From contig CBDEFM010000002.1 of the NCBI GenBank assembly GCA_965237415.1, positions 1,568,001 through 1,632,000 of the forward strand: 64,000 nucleotides of DNA, written 5' to 3'. Source of the stretch: Alphaproteobacteria bacterium (GTDB lineage: Bacteria > Pseudomonadota > Alphaproteobacteria > UBA828). Below, piece by piece: positions 23,749 through 33,502 of this stretch. The notes under the pieces were generated by a model that saw nothing but the letters and a program-made list of their open reading frames with translations, searched no databases and had not been told where the DNA came from. The position numbers were made by a program, and so were the translations under genes. Every line of letters starts with the position of its first letter. Position 1 is the stretch's first letter.

Positions 23749-24353
23749 GCTGGAGCCATCAACGGCGCGACTTTATCGAGTGCGCGGCCGGCCAGGTGAG
23801 CCTGACGCAATGGTGCCAGGGATGGATCGAGCAGATCGCGGTGCTCTACCGCCTGAACGAGGCGCGTCTGGAGCATTACGACCCCGGCCTTGAGCGCCAG
23901 ACGCCAGCGTTCGATGCGGCGCAGGGCAGGCTGAAGGAGGCGCTCGACGGCCTGTTCGCGGAGGCCGAACAGGAGCTCGCCGGCCTGCCCGACCAAGCGC
24001 GCGAGGGCAAGGCGCTGCGCTCGCTGGTGAATCATCGCGAGGGGCTGTGCGTCTTCGTCGACCGGCCCCAGGTGCCGCTGGATAACAATCTCGCAGAAAG
24101 GGTGCTCAGAGGGCCGGCGATCGGAAGACGACTGTCATTCGGCTCCGACAGCGAGAACGGCGCCCGGTTCACGGCCGTGATGTACTCGGTCGTCGGCACG
24201 CTCGCCTTGAACGGCATAGACGTCCTGCGCTGGCTGGAAGCGTGGCTGGAAGCATGCGCGAAGAACGCCGGGCGTGCGCCGGACGACCTGTCGCCGTGGC
24301 TGCCATGGTCGATGAGCGAGGAGCGCAGGCGCGCCTTCATGGCGGCAGCATGA
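23749..24353 (+). pseudogene. IS66 family transposase (TnpC) C-terminal fragment
   Basis: WSHQRRDF, PLDNNLAERVLR, LPWS tail. Confidence 0.85.
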
Positions 24354-25231
24354 CCGGCCGGGTCGAGTGCCGCTATTACGGCCGCGACTTCACGGCGCAA
24401 GAAATGGCGCTGCTGCGCGCGCTGATCGCTGTCGATCCGCAGCCGACCCGCGCCGGACTGTCGCGAGAGTTCTGCCGGCTCATCGGCTGGCTCAAGCCCG
24501 ACGGCGGGCTCAAGGACATGATGGCCAGGGTCACCATGCTGGCCATGCACCGCGACGGCCTCGTCGTCCTGCCACCGCCCAAGGGGCGGCAGCACCGGCC
24601 AAAGCCCGTCGTCTTCGGGCCGGACACCGAGCCGCCGCTGCTTTCGGCTCCGACAACCCTCGACGAGGTTCGCACGATCGACCTGCGCCCCGTCGTCCGC
24701 GAGACCCGCGAGGGCAGGCTGTGGAACGAGTTCGTCGCCCGTTACCACTATCTCGGCTACAAGACCCTCGTCGGCGCCCAGATGCGCTACGCCGTCCACG
24801 ACCGAAACGGCTGGCCCATCGCCATGCTCGGCTTCTCAACCGCCGCATGGAAGCTCGCTCCGCGCGACAACTTCATCGGCTGGACGCCACGATCGCGCGA
24901 GAAGAACCTCCCGCTCGTCGTCGACAATCCGAGGTTCCTGATCCTGCCCTGGATCACCATCCCCAACCTGGGCTCGCACATCCTCGCCCTCATCCGCCGG
25001 CGCTTGCCCCTGGACTGGGCCGAGCGCTACAACACAACGCCCGTGCTCATCGAGACCTTCGTCGAAACGCCGCGATACACCGGCGCCGTATACAAGGCAT
25101 CGGGCTGGATCCATGTCGGCGCCACTCAGGGGCGCGGGCGCTACGATCGCGACAAGCTGTACGACAAACCCCGCAAAGACATCTGGCTCCGACCACTGCG
25201 AAAAGACTGGAAACGCGCCCTCAATCGCTAG
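24350..25231 (+). CDS. DUF4338 (Druantia DruA-like) domain protein
   Basis: WNEFVARYHYLGY, RDNFIGW, NPRFLILPW, NLGSHIL, ETFVE, GAVYKASGW..GATQGRG; ATGA overlap with tnpC stop. Confidence 0.85.
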   Translation: MTGRVECRYYGRDFTAQEMALLRALIAVDPQPTRAGLSREFCRLIGWLKPDGGLKDMMARVTMLAMHRDGLVVLPPPKGRQHRPKPVVFGPDTEPPLLSAPTTLDEVRTIDLRPVVRETREGRLWNEFVARYHYLGYKTLVGAQMRYAVHDRNGWPIAMLGFSTAAWKLAPRDNFIGWTPRSREKNLPLVVDNPRFLILPWITIPNLGSHILALIRRRLPLDWAERYNTTPVLIETFVETPRYTGAVYKASGWIHVGATQGRGRYDRDKLYDKPRKDIWLRPLRKDWKRALNR

Positions 25232-25261
25232 AATCTGCGGGATCGGATAAGCTCATCACGG

Positions 25262-25278
25262 GCTGACGGAACATTTAC
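25262..25278 (+). repeat. Putative IS66 right terminal inverted repeat
   Basis: gctgacggaacatttac ends in TTAC, complement of the IS66 GTAA terminus; matching left end not in window. Confidence 0.6.
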
Positions 25279-25662
25279 ATGCGGCTTTGCCCTCATGGGC
25301 GCAGATTGCGGGTCTGGCGCCGCCATTCGCAGTCAGCACTTATAGTCCCATTGTTTGCCAATCGTTTGCCGGACCGGCTCAACGGCCCGGTTCCACACAA
25401 CGGATACAGCCTGTAAATGTCAATATCTTCAGTGCTATAGTTCTGATCTTCCGATCAGGCCTTGCCCCACTGCACCGCTGTTTGTGGGTCTGAAGGTCTG
25501 TCGCTGAGCAGGGACGCTGCATCCACATGCCCGCAAGCCCGACATCGCCGACAGTACCAACAGCCCAAGAATATACCGGCGGCGTAGTCTACAACCGGAT
25601 ACACCTCAACCGGACCGCCCGATTGTGGGAAAAGTGGAACCAGCTCAGCCGCCGATCCCTCC

Positions 25663-27156
25663 TCAGCATTCCATTGCGCGACCCTGGCTGCCCAGCGCCT
25701 TGCGCAGTGCCACCAAGGCCAGCGTATCTCGAGCGCAATAGGCGCGTAGGTCGTCGAAGGCGCGCCTACGATCTTCCGGGTCGGCGCTTACTAGCGCCGA
25801 GCCGTAGCGTACCGCCGCTGTCTGTCCATCGGAGATCGCCAAGTCGCCGTAACTCATCCCGGGTTTCAGTACCGGGAGGACATTCTTGATCGAGAACGAG
25901 CCCCGGAACTCTGGATGATAATAGCCGTTGCGCACAACCGGGAGCAGATCGAACAGCCGCGCCTCGATTGAACGAAGTTCCCCGGCCCGGTCCGGCAACG
26001 CTTCGCCGAGCTCGCGAAGCACCCGCCTTTCGTATCCCGAATAGGTGCAGACCGTCCCTTTGCTTCCCATCGCCTCGATCAAACAATCCGCGAGCTTCGG
26101 ACGCGGATCGTCGTCGCCTTCGTGCAGATAGTCGACGTGCAGTGGCGGGACGCCGCTGCGCTCGGTATGGACCGAAAAGAGGAACGGGACCGCGTCGAAG
26201 GGGCGCGTGCCGGCGAAACGCGGGATGGCGGGTGCGAAGGTCTCGAAATCGAGATGGCGCACCGGCGACGTAATACCGGCAAATGCTCCGGCAATGTCGC
26301 CGTGCATCGCCGGGCGACCTTCGCGAATTGTCCGACGGACGATGCTCTGCAGTCCGGTTAGCGGAAAATCCGCGGGAATGTCGCGAATCTCCTCGATTCC
26401 GGCGGCTTCCAGCTGCGCACGGCGTCCCGAAGCGAGGCGAGGAAGTTCGTCAATGCCGTGATCTGGAAGGACCGCTTCCCGGGTGCAGTGCGCGTAATAC
26501 GGGCAATCATAGGGTGCGAAGCAATGGCCGCCCGGCGCGATGTCCGGCGTGGCAGTCTCGGACAGCATCACTTGCATTTCCGATACCTGCGTTGCCATGG
26601 ACTCGAGAAGCGCGCTCGCCTCGTCGAAGACCGGATGAAGCCTGAACAGCGCGTCGAGTTCGAGCGTCACGCCATCGTAGACGTAGTCCCGGTTCAGGGT
26701 GAGCACCCCGGCTTCGCGCACGTCCAGTCCGGCGCCGCGCAGCACCCATAGCTGGATGGCCGCGTCCAGCACGAAGATGTCTTTCAGCCGGGTGGACGAC
26801 TTCACCTCGACAAGACGCCAGCCGCCTTCGGGAAGCCGTTCGATCACGTCGGGGCGGACTAGCACGCCTTCGTGCTCGAAAGCGGCTTCGAAGACCGCTG
26901 GCGCGGAGCCCGCCCCGATGACGCTGCACGTTTCTTCGAGCGCCTCCCGGATATGGTGGTGATCGTGGGCAACGACATGGCCACCGAGGTAAAGCCTGCA
27001 TGCCGTCTCGCCGACCTCATGCCCGGTATCGAATACCGCCTGCAGGACATCGTCGGGCTCGGACCCGAGATCGGGCCGATGGGTGTCGTACCAGAGCCGC
27101 AGATGGCACTGCGTCCCGGAGATATAGCGCGACTTGGAGAGGCGGGGATTGCTCAT
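25663..27156 (-). CDS. DUF2779 domain protein (PD-(D/E)XK nuclease-like plus RNase H-like)
   Basis: LSKSRY..QC, RPDVIE..LVEVKSST, HCFAPYDCPYYAHC, LDFET, SFSIKNVLP, YCARDT. Confidence 0.85.
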   Translation of the reverse strand: MSNPRLSKSRYISGTQCHLRLWYDTHRPDLGSEPDDVLQAVFDTGHEVGETACRLYLGGHVVAHDHHHIREALEETCSVIGAGSAPAVFEAAFEHEGVLVRPDVIERLPEGGWRLVEVKSSTRLKDIFVLDAAIQLWVLRGAGLDVREAGVLTLNRDYVYDGVTLELDALFRLHPVFDEASALLESMATQVSEMQVMLSETATPDIAPGGHCFAPYDCPYYAHCTREAVLPDHGIDELPRLASGRRAQLEAAGIEEIRDIPADFPLTGLQSIVRRTIREGRPAMHGDIAGAFAGITSPVRHLDFETFAPAIPRFAGTRPFDAVPFLFSVHTERSGVPPLHVDYLHEGDDDPRPKLADCLIEAMGSKGTVCTYSGYERRVLRELGEALPDRAGELRSIEARLFDLLPVVRNGYYHPEFRGSFSIKNVLPVLKPGMSYGDLAISDGQTAAVRYGSALVSADPEDRRRAFDDLRAYCARDTLALVALRKALGSQGRAMEC

Positions 27157-27349
27157 CGGTTGCTCACATCGACAGCTACAGCGGTTCCGATTCTGAGTTG
27201 AGCCATTGCCGACCAACCTAGACCAGACGGGTACCGCCATGACAGACGGTGCGCTGAGCCTGCGCGCGCAATCGGAAAGAAATGTCGTACCGGTGTCTCG
27301 GAGCGTCGATCGGGGCTGCGGGCCAGAGTCCGAGGCAACCCTGGGGGAT

Positions 27350-28646
27350 CTTGCCGGACCAGTGGTACGGCGACTATCTGTCGCAGCTCGGCGCGGCACG
27401 GATCGGCGAACGCAGGCTGAAAGCGTTCGTCGCGAAGCACGGGGTGGACCGGGTGCGCTGCTTCATCGACGCCTGGTTCGACTATGCCGAGCGCCGCGCC
27501 GACCACGCCATCCGCAGGCTGCCCGAGGGCACGTTGGTCAACAGCGGGATGCACGACCCGGTGCAGCCCTTCCTGCCCGAGAGCCTGGAGATCACGGTCA
27601 AGGTCGCGATCGACCCGGCGGCGGGCCGCATCGTCGTGGACCTGCGCGACAACCCGGATTGCATCGACGCCGGCCTCAATCTCACCGAGGCTTGCGCGAC
27701 CGCCAACTGCATCCAGGGCGTGTTCGAGAATCTGGAGGCCGACATCCCGCCCAACGCCGGGAGCTTCCGCCGCCTCGAGGTCAAGCTGCGCGAGGGCTGT
27801 GTCGTCGGCATCCCGCGCTTCCCGCACTCCTGCTCGCTGGCCACCACCAACATGGCGGACGTGGTGGTGAACCTCGTGCAATCGGCCTTCACCCAGCTCG
27901 GCGACGGCCACGGGCTGGCGCAGGGCAATCTCTGCTTCTCGGCCGGCATGGGCGTGGTCTCAGGCAGGGACTGGCGCCGCGGCGGGGCCGAATACATCAA
28001 CCAGGTTTATCTGATGGGGGGCGGCGGGCCGGCGCTGCCCGAGCACGACGGCATGATCTACCTGCTGACGCCGGGCGGCTGCGGTCTGCTGCACCGGGAC
28101 AGCATCGAGTTCGACGAGCAGCGCTTCCCGATGCTCGTCCGTTCCCAGCGCCTCCTCCCCGATTCGGGCGGCGCAGGGCGCAGGCGCGGCGGGCCCGCGA
28201 CCGAGGTGATCTTCGGCCCCCGTCGCGACCCGATGACCGTGAGCATCATGGGCGGCGGCACCATCAACCCGCCCAAGGGCGTGCGCGGCGGAGGCGACGC
28301 CAACCACGCCTATCACGGCCACCTGCGAGTCGACGGCTCGGAAGATTCGGTGCCGAACGGGGTGATGCTGGCGCTCGGGCCGGGCGAGTTCGTCCGCTCG
28401 GTGGACAATGGCGGCAGCGGCTACGGCGACCCGCTCGCCCGCGAGCCCGTGCGTGTGCTGGAGGACGTGGCCGAGGGTTATGTGACCCAAGACCACGCGG
28501 CGGCAGTCTACGGAGTCGTGCTCAGCGGCGGCGCGGCGGACGGCACGCTCGCGGTCGACGAAACCGCGACCGGGACGTGCCGCACCGCCTTGGCTGCGAG
28601 CGGCGCGGTGCCGCCGCCGAGCGTTGGCCGATTCGGGGAAGGGTAG
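27350..28646 (+). pseudogene. Hydantoinase B/oxoprolinase, 5'-truncated
   Basis: Similarity to the 53647 paralog begins only at PDQWYGDY; VDLRDNPDC, GGSGYGDP. Confidence 0.8.
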
Positions 28647-28669
28647 CCGCCCGGCCGTCCTCCACCGGC

Positions 28670-29071
28670 TCAGTTTGACTTCCCCGAACCAACCCGGCGG
28701 ACATCCGCGCCGCCGATCTTGTCGACCTCACCGGGGATTTCCCGACTGTTCGTCCCCGCGGTCGTGATGTTGACCCGCATTTCTCACCACGGTCGTGGTC
28801 TGCAAGGCGCCGTCCGGCCCGTAGGGAGAGAAAGACGCGCAGCGGATCGAACGCCAGGGAGGGACGCAGGCCGCGACCGTGGTGAGAAATACGGGTTAAG
28901 GGCGTCATTCGAGTTCTCATCATTTGTGCGCTCGATTCGCTTTCCGGAGTCAGGCGTATTGCTGCAGACGGCCGTCTGGGCCTATGCGCCCGCCGTCGAA
29001 ACAAGGAGCGCTGCAAGGATGCGGCACACGCCCGTGAGCCACGCCATAGCGACCGTGAACGTCCATATCAT
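28670..29071 (-). pseudogene. Possible secreted/autotransporter-like gene remnant interrupted by a MITE
   Basis: RBS aaggag, signal-like MIWTFTVAMAWLTGVCRILAALLVSTAGA, internal stop, AQTAVCSNTP..., and VNITTAGTNSR beyond the MITE. Confidence 0.35.
28770..28899. mobile_element. MITE family A, short copy
   Basis: TIRs acccgcatttctcaccacggtcg / cgaccgtggtgagaaatacgggt; homologous to 37382-37592. Confidence 0.75.
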
Positions 29072-29693
29072 TGAGTAATCTCCTTATGCCAAAATCGAAT
29101 ACTTTCCGTTGCATTCAGCCATTCACGGCGCCTAAACGAGACAGACATTCCGAACTCAACCATGGGCCTCTCACCTCGCATCCGGTGCTCTTTTTGGAAA
29201 CCGAGAACACGCGTTAACCTCACTCTGTCCGACACGCAGGATCATTAGAACCCCAGTCGGAACGAAAGCACGCGAGAAAATTACAGGAGACTCACGCCAA
29301 ATCAACATACTCTGTTGGTCTAAAGGCATATCACAGATGCATGTTTGATATTCGTTAACACGCTAAAATTATGCAATTAGTGATTTCGTCCTATGCTGTA
29401 AAGTCAAAAGATGGCCGGACCAATACGAAATGAATAGGAAGCGGTTCGACCAATAGACACCTTCGAACAATTCTGATAACGCCATATCATTTCAATTATA
29501 TTTCAGTGCGACCTATTCTCGCTTCGAAGCACAAAATCTCTGAGACTCTCCTATTGCTAAAGGAGAGTGTCCCTTATGACGAAGCCGGACTGGCCGTCCA
29601 CGCGATAAGCGCGGCGCGGGGCGCGGTGGAGACGCGGCGGATACTCGACTACCATGGGGGCGGAGTGCGAGTGCTTCGGGGAGGGCCAGTGCC

Positions 29694-30869
29694 ATGCGGC
29701 GGAGCGAAGAGCGGATACTCACCACTCATGCCGGCAGTCTCGCCCGCAATCCGGCGCTCAGCGCGCTGCTGATCCGGCAGGATCACGGCAAGCCGGTCGA
29801 GGCCGCGGAACTCGACGCCGCGATTCGCGCGCGCACCGCCCATGTCGTCGCCCGCCAGCTCGAGAGCGGCATCGACATCGGCGGCGACGGCGAGCAGGCC
29901 CGCGCCGGCTATTCGACCTATCCGGCCCAGCGCATGAGCGGCTTCGGCGGCAGCTCGACCCGCAACGACCTGCTGGATTTTCAGAAGTTCCCGCTCTACG
30001 CGGAGGCCTACCGCGAGGCCTTTCGCACCAACCCGGATGAACGCTCGCGCATCGTGAACGCGCCCCAAGCGGTCGCCGAGGTGCGCTACGACTCCGCCTG
30101 CGCCGGCGTGCGCGCGGAGTGCGAGGCCTTCGAAGACGCGCTCGCCCGGCAGGAGGAGAGCTTCGCCGAGACCTTTGTGACCGCGGCCTCGCCCGGCTGC
30201 GTGCTGACCATCATGCAGAACGCCCACTACGCGTCGGACCGCGACTACCTCTTCGCGCTGGCGAAGGAACTGAAGAGGGAATACGCGTTCATCGTCGGGC
30301 GCGGCCATCTGCTCCAGATCGATGCGCCGGACCTCGCCATGGAGCGCTATCTCTACTTCCGCGACGAGTCCGACGCGGCCTTTCTCGCCAGCGTGGAAGA
30401 CCACATCGAGGCGCTCAACCTGGCGCTCGCCGATGTGTCCCCCGAGCGGGTGCGCCTGCATGTGTGCTGGGGCACCTGGGACGGCCCCCACGCCAACGAC
30501 ACGCCGCTGGGCCCCCTGCTGCCGCGCCTCTACGAAGCCAAGGTCGGCGCGCTGAACATCCCCTTCGCCAACCCCGGCCACCAGCACGAGTACGAGACGC
30601 TGCGCGAGCACCCCCTACCCGACTCGATGGTCCTGATCCCGGGCGTGATCGACAACATGACCAAGCATCTGGAGCATCCGGAGGTGGTGGCCGAGCGCAT
30701 CCAGCGCGCGGTCGACGTGGTGGGTGATCGCGAACGCGTGATCGCGGGCGTCGACTGCGGCTTTGCCGTCTTCACCGACAACGCGATGATGACCGAGGAC
30801 ATCTGCTGGGCGAAGTTCCGCGCGCTCCGCGCCGGCGCCGACCTCGCCAGCAGCCGGCTCTGGGGGTAA
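29694..30869 (+). CDS. Cobalamin-independent methionine synthase II family (single-barrel MetE-like) protein
   Basis: ILTTHAGSL, DGEQ, LQIDAP, RLHVCWG, PGVID, DCGF. Confidence 0.88.
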   Translation: MRRSEERILTTHAGSLARNPALSALLIRQDHGKPVEAAELDAAIRARTAHVVARQLESGIDIGGDGEQARAGYSTYPAQRMSGFGGSSTRNDLLDFQKFPLYAEAYREAFRTNPDERSRIVNAPQAVAEVRYDSACAGVRAECEAFEDALARQEESFAETFVTAASPGCVLTIMQNAHYASDRDYLFALAKELKREYAFIVGRGHLLQIDAPDLAMERYLYFRDESDAAFLASVEDHIEALNLALADVSPERVRLHVCWGTWDGPHANDTPLGPLLPRLYEAKVGALNIPFANPGHQHEYETLREHPLPDSMVLIPGVIDNMTKHLEHPEVVAERIQRAVDVVGDRERVIAGVDCGFAVFTDNAMMTEDICWAKFRALRAGADLASSRLWG

Positions 30870-30885
30870 CGCGCGGACCAGTCCG

Positions 30886-31821
30886 TCAAGGCGGCGGCAG
30901 CGCGGCCTTGAGCGACTCTTCGTGGCCGAGGCCAAGGATCCAGGCTTCCTCGGTCTCTACGATCCGACGTTCGGCGGGCGTGAGGTGCGGAGCGCCGGCG
31001 AAGAGCAGCGCCAGCCCGCCGCCGGCATCCAGCCGGGCGAAGGCCTCCGCGTTCACGCGCACCTGCGCACGGTCGAGAATCTCGTTCTCGCCCAGGCGCG
31101 CGCGAACCTCGCCCCTGAGAAGCGAGGGATAGACTTCGGCGATCACCGCCGGCGCGTCGGGCGCTCGCAAGCCGGTCTCGAAGGGCCAGATCGCCGCACG
31201 GCCCGCGATGCGCGGGTCCGTCACAAGGCGCTTGAGCGCGGGCAGGCCCAGCAGCATCTGCGAGCCGACGGAGCCGGCATAGGCGAGCTGCCAGACGGTC
31301 TTGGCGCCCTTCGCGTGACAGTCCGCGATGCGGCGCTCGGGCGGTTGGGATTCCTGCCGCGAGCGCGCCGAGGCACGCACGGGAATCGTCGGGTAGCTCC
31401 ACTTGGTCGGGCGGCCCCAGAACGGGCCGATGCCCGGATAGGCCGCGTTGATCGCCGCCGCGACCGCGTAACGATTGTTGTCGTTATCCGGCCCGTCCTC
31501 GATTCTTTCCGCGAGCCAGTCCCAGAGCGCGAGGGCCGATGCTTTGCCGGTCAGACGTTCGGCGACACCCACCGGATAGCCGAAGGGAAAGTCGAAGCCC
31601 ACCAGCACCCGCCGGCCAGCGCGCAGCTCGCCCGCAATAAGGCGAGCAAGGCGGTCGAGCGCCTCATGGCGGGTACGCTCGTATTCGGGCGACGCCACGA
31701 TGATCTCGCCGCCGCAAATGCGAGCAACGGCCCACCAGATCGCATCCTTTGTGGGCTTTGCGGGGCTCGGCCGAGACCTCGCCGACCAGTCGACGACGAC
31801 GTGGGTGTGGAAGAGGGGCAC
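30886..31821 (-). CDS. Conserved hypothetical protein (DUF429-like RNase H-fold)
   Basis: VVDWSA, GFDFPFGYP, WPFETG, AEVYPS, EEAWILG. Confidence 0.6.
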   Translation of the reverse strand: MPLFHTHVVVDWSARSRPSPAKPTKDAIWWAVARICGGEIIVASPEYERTRHEALDRLARLIAGELRAGRRVLVGFDFPFGYPVGVAERLTGKASALALWDWLAERIEDGPDNDNNRYAVAAAINAAYPGIGPFWGRPTKWSYPTIPVRASARSRQESQPPERRIADCHAKGAKTVWQLAYAGSVGSQMLLGLPALKRLVTDPRIAGRAAIWPFETGLRAPDAPAVIAEVYPSLLRGEVRARLGENEILDRAQVRVNAEAFARLDAGGGLALLFAGAPHLTPAERRIVETEEAWILGLGHEESLKAALPPP

Positions 31822-31831
31822 GGCTTGACCT

Positions 31832-32665
31832 TCAGATCGAAATCCCGGTCAAGTGCTCGAAACCGGCGCGCCAGTGCGCGCCAAGGTGAAGAACGTATCG
31901 CCATTCGTCATTGGCATAGCCGTCGATCATGATGCAGGCGCGATCGAAAATCGGCTGCCACTCGGTGCCGGAATTTCCCTGGCCGAGCCAGCCGAGCGCG
32001 AGAAGGTCGATACGCTCTTCATCATTCAGTTGAAGGAACAAGCGTTCCAAGCGCTTGCCCGCGGGTGAGTCGAGAATGCGAGACCATTCTTCATGCCCAA
32101 TTGTTGCCAATCCCGCTCTTCCACGATAGAGGGACGAGACAACATTCTCTTCGGTCGCATCGAGGAGATCGTAAGCAGCAACCAGTTCGGTCAGCTTATC
32201 CCGTCCGATGACCAAGGCAGTGGCGGCGGCGGAGATCTTGTCTGCGACCCCATGCGCTCCGATGTATTGGACATCCACATCCAAGGCGCTATCCGCGACC
32301 GCATCTCTGAGCCTCCGATCCGCCGTTATCAGCGTCGACCCGGTTGCTTCGGCGCACGCGATGTAGAGGCAGTCGTAGACCGGATGGTCGATTTGCGCGG
32401 CAACTTGAGCGGCACGCTCAATCAGATCGGCACTCGAACTTAGAACGACTGCCTGTCGAACTCTGGAAAGCTCCTGGAAATAAGCTTGAGGATCGCCGAT
32501 CTCGCGCAGGCGAGCCTTCTTCCAGAATATGTTCGCCAGTTCGACAAGCACGAAATCGGGCGCGAACCGTTCAAGCCGGTGCCCCAGCAGTACACGCGCC
32601 TCCTCCGAATGGGTCTCCGACACGTACCACTTGACGACAACGCTGGCATCAACGGTCAGCTTCAC
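31832..32665 (-). CDS. vapC: VapC/FitB PIN toxin with C-terminal DUF3775-like extension
   Basis: VDASVVVKW, ELANIFWKK, VYDCLYIACA, LITAD; extension LNDEERIDLLALGWLGQG. Confidence 0.8.
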   Translation of the reverse strand: MKLTVDASVVVKWYVSETHSEEARVLLGHRLERFAPDFVLVELANIFWKKARLREIGDPQAYFQELSRVRQAVVLSSSADLIERAAQVAAQIDHPVYDCLYIACAEATGSTLITADRRLRDAVADSALDVDVQYIGAHGVADKISAAATALVIGRDKLTELVAAYDLLDATEENVVSSLYRGRAGLATIGHEEWSRILDSPAGKRLERLFLQLNDEERIDLLALGWLGQGNSGTEWQPIFDRACIMIDGYANDEWRYVLHLGAHWRAGFEHLTGISI

Positions 32666-32898
32666 CGATCGCGATCCTGCCGTAGAAGATCGACGCTGTC
32701 TGTCTGGGGCACATCCGCCGTTTCGCGGGCGAGCTCGGCCGTGCGTTCCCTGAATGCGGCCATGCGGAGACGGTGGTTCACCTCCTGGCTGAGCACGTAA
32801 CGCAACTCGGCCTCCAGCGAGCGCTGGTTGGCCTTGGCCTGCGCCTTCAGCGCATCGATCACCCGATCGTCGAGGTTTCGGATCGTCACGTTGCCCAT
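32662..32898 (-). CDS. FitA/StbC-like ribbon-helix-helix antitoxin
   Basis: MGNVTIRNLDD..LKAQAKANQRSLEAELR..DSVDLLRQDR; GTGA overlap with PIN gene. Confidence 0.88.
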   Translation of the reverse strand: MGNVTIRNLDDRVIDALKAQAKANQRSLEAELRYVLSQEVNHRLRMAAFRERTAELARETADVPQTDSVDLLRQDRDR

Positions 32899-33124
32899 GG
32901 GTCGCCTCCCTTGTTTGATAGCGTATTGCTAGCATATCGCCATCGCTTGGGCAATGGATACGGATGGGCGTGTGGACGGCAATGGGTGGCAGGCGCAGCG
33001 TGACAGCGCCGGGGCTCTCCGTCACCCTTGGCGGCCACTACTGGCGAGATGCGCGAGACCAACCCATGCGAGCAATCCGCTGCCTGAGAGAGTTCTCGAT
33101 CGCCGCAGTGACCGCCATCGCGCT

Positions 33125-33403
33125 TTGGGCCTCGCCTTCTCCTTCGACGCACGCAGGCCGCCCGGCGCGCGCCTGACGAGCGTCACGGTGGGCGGCATGC
33201 CGCTGGAGGACGGCAAGACCTATACGCTCGCCACCAACGATTTTCTCGCGCGCGGCGGCGGCGACTATCGCCTGTTCAGGGCCGGCGAGGTGCTGGTCGA
33301 CTCGGCGTCGGGCAGCTTGATGGCCGGCCAGCTCATTGGCCACATCGTCGCAGCCGGCATGGTCGCGCCGGCGATCGAGGGGCGGATCACCCGCCAAAAC
33401 TGA
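33125..33403 (+). pseudogene. 5'-nucleotidase C-terminal fragment
   Basis: GLAFSFDARRPPGARL..YTLATNDFLARGGGDY..IEGRI; no metallophosphoesterase domain upstream. Confidence 0.75.
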
Positions 33404-33502
33404 CGCGTATCGCGCCCTCGCTATGGGATTGCGGACTGGCCCGTTTCGCGCCACGGTCGCGCCATCCAAGAACCACCTCACTCCGATACGGAGCACGCGA
33501 CG

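Noticed and set aside
24350-25231. Complete Druantia system
   Set aside because: No DruE helicase or other dru genes in the window.
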